From Eledone cirrhosa (Eukaryota), in the NCBI GenBank assembly GCA_964016885.1, contig OZ024756.1, positions 16,244,001-16,308,000 on the forward strand: 64,000 nt of DNA. The letters are read 5' to 3'. Numbering within the stretch: the first letter of the stretch is position 1; the number at the start of each line of letters is the position of its first letter. This document shows, in pieces, positions 56,013 through 64,000 of this stretch. The position numbers and the translations under genes were made by a program. The notes beneath the pieces are model-generated. The model had not been told where the DNA came from and did no database searches. It was given only the letters and a program-made list of their open reading frames with translations.

Positions 56013-56335
56013 GGTCTTCAAAGTGACTCACGTGCTGGGTTATTTTTTTTTTAATCTTATTTTTTTTTTTTTTTGCGGACCTCGTTCGTTACGTGTCCTG
56101 TGTCGAAGATTCCCAGGATTCTTCTATAACATCTCATCTCCGCTGTTTGGATCTTTGTAATTCAGTGGTGAAGGTCCATGACTCGCATACACATAGAAAG
56201 ATGGATAGGACCAACGCATGCAGGAGTTATATTTTGCATCTGTGAGTGGTGTTTTTGTCTTTCCTGAGAGGTTTTAGCATGTGCTGAAGCTGTTAGAGCA
56301 CCTCTTGCTAGGCTTAGGCTTTGATCCCTCTTGAC

Positions 56336-56850
56336 CAGAGGTTCTCAAAGTGAGTGCTACCGCCCGACCCAGGTGGTGTTGAGAAGGTCCAGGGGGCACT
56401 GGAGCCCGAGGAAGCGGGAGAGATGATATAATATATTAAATATCAAATGATACATATTATAAATATAGTAAAATAAAAAATATATAATACTTATTTATAC
56501 ATAGTATATATTATATTTATTATAAATATATTAACGGTGGATTGGCAGTATCGGTAGAGGGTCGGACGCCATGCTTTGCAGCAAAGAGTTACGGCCCTTT
56601 ATGGTCAGTTCAAATCCTGCCGAGGTTAACTTTGCCTTTCCTCCTTACGGGGTCGATAAAATAAAGTACCAGTAATACACGGCCTTGTGCCAAAAGTAGA
56701 AACAATTATATATGAATTAACGATTTTATTTATTATATATTATTTACAATTTGCGTGTAGGCAGGTCTCTCTAGAAATAGGGTTAGGGGCGCTGAGGGTA
56801 TTACGTGGTTATGATGAGGGGGTGGGTGGCAAAACGTTTGAGAACGTCTG
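56336..56850. mobile_element. hAT-type MITE with nested SINE B
   Basis: TIRs cagaggttctcaaa / tttgagaacgtctg; flanks ctcttgac / gtcttgac. Confidence 0.75.
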
Positions 56851-57362
56851 GTCTTGACCGATTATGGCGCCAAAGTAGTTGAACCGTATCACAGTCCCCA
56901 GCTCTTGACCATTGGCTGTGATCTTTCTCTCTACTGGCTTTGTGGTGTTATCTGCTTGGTGTTTTCTCAGCGCTGATCTCCATACCGTGTCTAGCAGAAG
57001 TTATCCCCAAGCAGCTCACCAGCTCGGCGTGTTCTTCACAAAACAATAAAACTTAACAACTCAACTTTTGTTGACAGAATTACAGAATTATTTTCATTTG
57101 TTTCCGCTCTGAAGTACTTTTGTTGCCGTTTATATGTACTTATATTTAAGGTCAAATATTTTGTTGTTTTTTATATCCTGTCGGAAATTATTCCTTTTTA
57201 GTTAACTGGGGGGGGGGGGGGGGGGGTGATAACCATATTCTTTCAAAACACATCCTAGAAGCACTCGTGGTATAAAAACGCTGAGAGTTGGTGAAATAAA
57301 TCACTGCCACTACTGGAATTGAATAATCAAAACTGTAGCGGTATGTCACATATCAAATCATG

Positions 57363-57425
57363 TATTTTGTCTGATGAAAACGTACTTAAACACCATTGTA
57401 CCTTTGAAATATGTATAATAAAATA
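57363..57425 (+). ncRNA. Type I hammerhead ribozyme motif
   Basis: uauuuugu-CUGAUGA-aaacguac...guaccuuu-GAAA-uaugua-UA-auaaaaua. Confidence 0.78.
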
Positions 57426-57859
57426 TATATTTTGATTATGAGAATATTTTTCATTTATTAACATTTTGAATAATATATAAATATATAATGATAATAATTG
57501 TTTCTACTATTGGCACAAGGCCAACAATTACCCAGTGCATTACTGGTACTTTATTTTATCGACCCCCGTAAGGATGAAAGGCAAAGTTAACCTCCGCGGG
57601 ATTTGAACTCAGAATGGCGAGGGCCGTAACTCTACGCGTCAAAGCATGGCATCAGACCCTCTACCGATACCGTAAACGAAAGACAGTTACTTTAGACCAT
57701 CCCAATTTATTTTATTATACAAGTGATGAGGAGATAAAGCATTTCATCCTTTCGGTACCTGTTATAGAATAAAGCGCTCAACAAATATAGGAACATAAAT
57801 TTGTTCAATGAAAAAGAGTTAGTTGATTCTAAATCAACTAACTCTTTTTCATTGAACAA

Positions 57860-57896
<37 letters not shown>

Positions 57897-57905
<9 letters not shown>

Positions 57906-58269
57906 ATACTTTGGGAGGGTCATGTTGCCAATAAGAAACACACGCACCAGTTTCTTTCACTTCAATTTATTATATATTTATAAATTTATAAATTTACAAA
58001 TCTACAAATTTATAAATTTCTGGTTGGTTGGTTGGTTCCACAACCAGATAGTTGTTTATATATAGTCATGGTTGTGGAACCAACCAACCAACCAGAAATT
58101 TATAAATTTGTAGATTTGTAAATTTATAAATTTATAAATATATAATAAATTGAAGTGAAAGCAACTGGTGCGCGTGTTTCTTATTGGCAACATGACCCTC
58201 CCAAAGTATAACAATATCGGTTTCAACACACGATTTCAGATAAAGAATCTTGCTAAACAAATTCAGAAA

Positions 58270-58273
<4 letters not shown>
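57897..58273 (+). repeat. Fold-back cassette (about 150-bp arms) plus tail, between (TA)n tracts
   Basis: 57897-58046 is complementary to 58069-58217; no hammerhead core seen; short relative at 13745-13785. Confidence 0.85.
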
Positions 58274-58302
<29 letters not shown>

Positions 58303-58307
<5 letters not shown>

Positions 58308-58747
58308 CAAATATTAATAAAATAGATGTTCTTGTGATCAATTAAATTTTATTATACATATTTCAGAGGTACGTGAATCAGGTTCATCAGTATGTCCTCA
58401 TCAGATAAAATAAAATGATACATGACATACCCTGAGATGTTAGATGGTTAAGATTTAATCAAGGTAGTAAGATTTAAACAAGGACTACCTTGATTAAATC
58501 TTAACCATCTAACATCTGAGGGTATGTCATGTATCATTTTATTTTATCTGATGAGGACGTACTGATGAACCTGATTCACGTACCTCTGAAATATGTATAA
58601 TAAAATTTAATTGATCACAAGAACATCTATTTTATTAATATTTGAATTTAATATTATATTAATAACTCTGGAAAATATTCTTGTAGAGTGCTTCCAATCT
58701 ACTGTAAAACTCATTCTTTGATATACTCATTGAATCTTGTTTAACTC

Positions 58748-58752
<5 letters not shown>
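58303..58752 (+). mobile_element. Fold-back cassette (about 165-bp arms) plus tail, hammerhead in each arm
   Basis: 58303-58468 is complementary to 58484-58649; (TA)n on both sides. Confidence 0.75.
58541..58606 (+). ncRNA. Type I hammerhead ribozyme motif (mirror copy 58346-58411 on -)
   Basis: auuuuau-CUGAUGA-ggacguac...guaccucu-GAAA-uaugua-UA-auaaaau. Confidence 0.78.
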
Positions 58753-58787
<35 letters not shown>

Positions 58788-58969
58788 TTGTTCAGTGAAA
58801 AAGAGTAGTTCATTTGAAAGAAATCATCAGGAAAGCGCTTTCCTGATGATTTCCTTCGAATGAAACACTTCTAGTCCTGTAGAAGCCATTTCTAGATTAA
58901 ATATTTATAATCTGCTATGTACCTTACTTACTGTGGTTATTCCCGATTGAACCAGGGATACACATAAAT

Positions 58970-59094
58970 AATATATGTTTATATATATATATATATGTTT
59001 ATATATATATATATGTTTATATATATATATTTATATATATATATATATATGTTTATATATATATATATATATATGTTTATATATATATATATAT

Positions 59095-59179
<85 letters not shown>

Positions 59180-59218
59180 TATATATATATGTTTATATAT
59201 ATATATATATATATATAT

Positions 59219-59259
<41 letters not shown>

Positions 59260-59462
59260 TATATATATATATATATATATATATGTTTATATATATATAT
59301 ATGTTTATATATATATGTTTATATATATATATATATGTTTATATATATATATATGTTTATATATATATATATATGTTTATATATATATATATGTTTATAT
59401 ATATATATGTTTATATATGTTTATATATATATATATGTTTATATATATATATATATATATGG

Positions 59463-59495
<33 letters not shown>

Positions 59496-60078
59496 TATAT
59501 ATATATATATATATATATGTTTATAAGAGTCAATGGCCATGCAAAATCACCGGGAGAGATGACCCCTTAGCCTTTGTCAAGGCAGAATTCTAGGAGAAGG
59601 AAAACTCTGATATAACACCTGCAACCCTGATGGTATCCAATGATGTTGACTTGTTCTTCTTTTTGGTAAATATCTTGGTTAAGAGAGTGGGACTGGCTTT
59701 GTGCAGTGCCTTTGCTCACTATAAAAGCTTCACGGCACAGGCATTGCTTTATATCTGGAGATCTCTCTGCACTTGTCATCACATGGTACCATGGGCCCAG
59801 CACTATATGTCAATAATTGTCACAAGTGTAGTGTTTGTACCAGAGTTTTCAAGTCGCTGGCTGGACTAAAAAGTCACGCTCGTTCAGCGCATCGGTAGGG
59901 GTTCTCCTACATGGATATAAAGTAGTGGCCGTACTCGAAAACGAGTTGGCAGCCACCATATATATATATATATGTTTATATATATATATGTGTATATATA
60001 TATATATGTTTATATATATAAACATATATATATACATATATATGTTTATATATATATATGTTTATATATATATATGTG

Positions 60079-60141
<63 letters not shown>

Positions 60142-60170
60142 GTATATATATATATATGTATATATATATG

Positions 60171-60239
<69 letters not shown>

Positions 60240-60253
60240 ATATATATATATAT

Positions 60254-60298
<45 letters not shown>

Positions 60299-60370
60299 TA
60301 TGTTTATATGTATATATATATATATATATATATGTTTATATGTATATATATATATATATATGTTTATATA

Positions 60371-60446
<76 letters not shown>

Positions 60447-60452
60447 TATATA

Positions 60453-60490
<38 letters not shown>

Positions 60491-60665
60491 TATATATATA
60501 TATATTATATATGTTTATATATATATGTTTATATATATATATATATATATGTTTATATATATATATATATGTTTATATATATATGTTTATATATATATGT
60601 TTATATATATATATATGCTTATATATATATATATATATGTTTATATATATATATATATATGTTTA
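58970..60665. repeat. (TA)nTGTT compound satellite interrupted by an insert at 59525-59958
   Basis: Directly visible; the same satellite resumes at 61025-61158 and 63147-63347. Confidence 0.93.
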
Positions 60666-60666
60666 C

Positions 60667-61020
60667 ATAAAATATTAAACAAATAATGAATAAAACAATG
60701 AAACAGTTCCTTATATTAAACAAAAAAAGTTCATTATTTAACGATCGTTTCTAGGATATATATGTGTTAGAATTGGCATGCATATTCTAACACATATATA
60801 TCCTAGAAACGATCGTTAAATAATGAACTTTTTTTGTTTAATATAAGGAACTGTTTCATTGTTTTATTCATTATTTGTTTAATATTTTATCTTGACTCTG
60901 TATACCGTTTATCTTTCACCGAAAGTGATTTTTCATTACATCTCTTCTTTCCATGATATCCGGAATACATTGAGTTCTTCATACGGATTGGACACTACCG
61001 TAAACTCTTGGTAGATTTAT
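60667..61020 (+). mobile_element. Fold-back cassette (about 105-bp arms) plus tail, carrying only the 3' half of a hammerhead
   Basis: 60667-60773 is complementary to 60784-60890; GAAA-cgaucg-UU with palindromic stem III near the centre. Confidence 0.65.
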
Positions 61021-61158
61021 CTACATATGTTTACATATATATGTTTGTATATATATATATATGTTTGTATATATATATATATGTTTATATATATATATAT
61101 ATATGTTTATATATATATATATATGTTTATATATATATATATATATGTTTATATATAT

Positions 61159-63145
61159 GGAGAAAAAATTTACGAAATGGAAATGCGGGTATATAGAATT
61201 TATTAGGTAACAATTGTTTCTATAGTGTATGAGTTACCTATACCTCGCTATTTGAATAATACACAAATATTATCAAAAACCGAAAGTACACTGTAAGCCA
61301 ACACACCATGTCATCAGACCTTTGTATTAGAATGATATGAAAATATTTTATACACTAGATAAAAGATAAAGAAGGAGGTAGGAAGAGAAGGGGAAGAGGG
61401 AAGTGAGTAAGGTGGGGGGGGGGGGGGTCTTAGGGTTTAAGACTGTCAGACTAGTAGAGATTGTGAAGAGAGAATGTTTTGGCAGCAGTTAGCTTAATGA
61501 GGCGTGCTAAGGTTGGCTGGGAAGTAGATACTTCTAGTGGTGTTGTTCGGACAAAATTTAGTTAGAGGGGTCAAAGTGGTACAATGTCACAGACAAGTTA
61601 TTAGGGCTATTATAGTAGCAGGTTATTTCTAAAGGGGTCCAGAAAAACAGTGTTTAGTACTATTATTATAGAAAGTCATATCTAGTGTATAAACATATAA
61701 GACAGAAATTTGCAAACGTTGGTGTAAAAAGGTAACATTATATGCATTTAAAAAAAGAAAAAGTCGTTTTCAAACGATGGTTACAGTATAGAGAACGTTC
61801 AATTTTGCTGTTCAAAAGTTTGTTTACCGACGTTAAAATGCAGTATATCTCTAAATTGCATAACTTGCAGAATCGATGATTTTGCTGATATGCAGGCGCA
61901 GCTGCAATAATTTGCTAATCAAGGGAGAACGCTTGATTGTTCCTCCGAAGCTGCCAGGCTTTATCGGCGAGGGTTGTTACGGAGCGCATTTTCTCGTGCC
62001 TGATCGAAGATCGATGTTGGTATAGGCGAGCCTTGAAAGAAGTTGCGGTACATCCGACGTAATACCATTTGTTGGTCCCGGAATTTATTGTACACCGGTA
62101 GGCAATATTGCGTGCTAGGCACTGGTTATTCAGTGGGCACGTACCTGGTTTGGTGCAGTTACAACTATTTTTATGTTTTGCAGTAGAATCCTGGATAGTT
62201 TGGTGGGGTTGTGGTTGCGTGTTAGTGCGTTGCATGTTGCTATGCTGGTGCGCTGAGTCATTAGGATGTACTTATTCAGTTTTGCTGAGTTGAGTTTTCT
62301 AATTAGTTGTTCTATGTTAGGTGCAGTGGAGTATGAGAGTCTAATGGTGCGCGAGTTAAAGATTTTATAGTATTTATGTGAAGTTGTAAAGTGTTTATTG
62401 ATTAGTGTATAGAATTGTGAGATAATCTTAGTGCTAATAGAAGAATTGTACACGGGGTTATACCATATGTACTCTCTACGTCTGACTCTATTTGCTGGTT
62501 TGCACCTGTTAGTATGCCTATTGATGTGTGTGGTGCAATACTAGTTCGACTTAGATGTGTTTTATTCATAGTACTTATGTGGTTATCGTCTAGATATTCA
62601 ATTTTCTCGCAGTAACCAGCTTTTCTAAGTGCGTCATTATAATATTCAGCATGCTCGTTGAAGGTCTGCAAATTAGACGACAGTCGGGAGATCCTTATGG
62701 ATATATTTTTAGGGATAGATTTAATAATGGAATGAGGATGGTTCGATTTTACATTAACGTACTTAAGATTTTCATTAAGTTTGTGAAATGGCTCTATATT
62801 ACCGTTATTAAGGTTGAAGGTAACATCCAAGAAGTTGACCACCTTAAGATTGTGTTCAAAGGTAATATTAAGCCCTAGTTCTAAGAAAAGTTTCCTAATG
62901 TTTTTACGTCGCCTTTCTAGGTTTTGTTTGTTCATATTCTTGACTAATAGAAGTGTATCGTCGCGGTATATTCCGCCGTGGAGGTCCGTAAATTCGCTCT
63001 GGAGTCTATGGGCTATATAGATCCCAACCAAATCCGTGACCTCCGCCGAATCATTAGAACCCATCGTAATGTCGAATTCCGAGGGTCTATCCCTGCGGAC
63101 CCAATAACTATTTTCAAAGTGCACTACTGTGCGTCTAGCTTCAAG

Positions 63146-63146
<1 letters not shown>
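61159..63146 (-). mobile_element. 5'-truncated, decayed Penelope-like retroelement (RT, Cys-rich linker, C-terminal GIY-YIG), inserted in the TA satellite
   Basis: [40 protein letters not shown] (RT/thumb); CNCTKPGTCPLNNQCL; IAY..YVGCT..FKARLYQH..CKLCNLE..LLNSK (GIY-YIG). Coding ends at 61738 after two frameshifts and a TAG. Confidence 0.92.
61205..61321 (-). ncRNA. Hammerhead motif with long stem II insert in the Penelope-like 3' end
   Basis: aggu-CUGAUGA-c auggugugu ...about 70 nt... auacacuau a-GAAA-caauug-UU-accu; palindromic stem III; same strand as the ORF. Confidence 0.75.
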
Positions 63147-63184
<38 letters not shown>

Positions 63185-63304
63185 ATGTTTATATATATAT
63201 ATATATGTTTATATATATATATATATGTTTATATATATATATATATGTTTATATATATATATATATGTTTATATATATATATATATGTTTATATATATAT
63301 ATAT

Positions 63305-63350
<46 letters not shown>

Positions 63351-63657
63351 TGTCCCCCAAAATGTGTACATATTTCAACAGCATCCTAATAAATATTGCC
63401 TGTACAGGTAATCAAAGTGTGTATACATTTTTTGGGACACCCTGGGTATATATATGTAAAAGATATATGTATATATAGAGAAAGAACTATATATACAAGA
63501 GAATACACAATATATTGTAGATATATATTGTATATATATATACAATATATTGTATATATATACAATATATTGTATATATATATATATATACAATATATTA
63601 TGTATTCTCTTTGATATATAGTCCTTTCTCTATATATACATATATCTTTCACGTTTG

Positions 63658-63719
<62 letters not shown>

Positions 63720-64000
63720 GTGTGTGTGTTTAAAGTTTATGATGTTAGTGTGTCTTTCGAGGAAGATTTGACTGCTACTTCTAGCATTTCTATGGAACAC
63801 GTGAAGTGTATGTACTTTCTTTTGTTCGTTGCTCCGTTGTTATGTAAGGTTCTCTAAACAGCAATTTGAGCATATTTGGGGGCTTGACCCAGACCTCTTC
63901 TCCCACTTGCATGAATGCATGCTCTCTCTCTCTTCCACAGGTCATTGTAACAACGTGCACGGATGTCGCCATTCATATCTCTCTCCCAGCGTGGCACTCA

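Noticed and set aside
63790-64000. ORF with QVGEEVWVKPPN
   Set aside because: May be an LTR-retrotransposon integrase tail, but it is too short and cut by the window edge.

Overview
AT-rich, microsatellite-saturated animal genomic DNA. The SINE families and (TA)/(CA)/(CAT) tracts suggest an octopod cephalopod (inference, not verified). The only host gene I can support is a + strand class II POU homeobox gene (Oct-1/nubbin-pdm type): 7 exons in phase from 14702 to 26518, with the 5' exon(s) not found. The rest is repeats: two tRNA-headed SINE families, decayed RTE, CR1, R4, CRE and L1/Tx1-like LINE pieces, a DD37D maT transposon, hAT MITEs with 8-bp TSDs, Helitron ends and about a dozen minisatellites. 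The most interesting signal is absent from the ORF track: about ten type I hammerhead-ribozyme motifs. Most lie in 150-390 bp fold-back cassettes with a one-sided tail, inserted in (TA)n tracts. One lies in the 3' end of a decayed Penelope-like retroelement (RT + GIY-YIG). They include a three-locus family with covarying stems and a copy with a compensatory U3-A8 core. All folds were read by eye, and most long ORFs in the track are simple-repeat artefacts.
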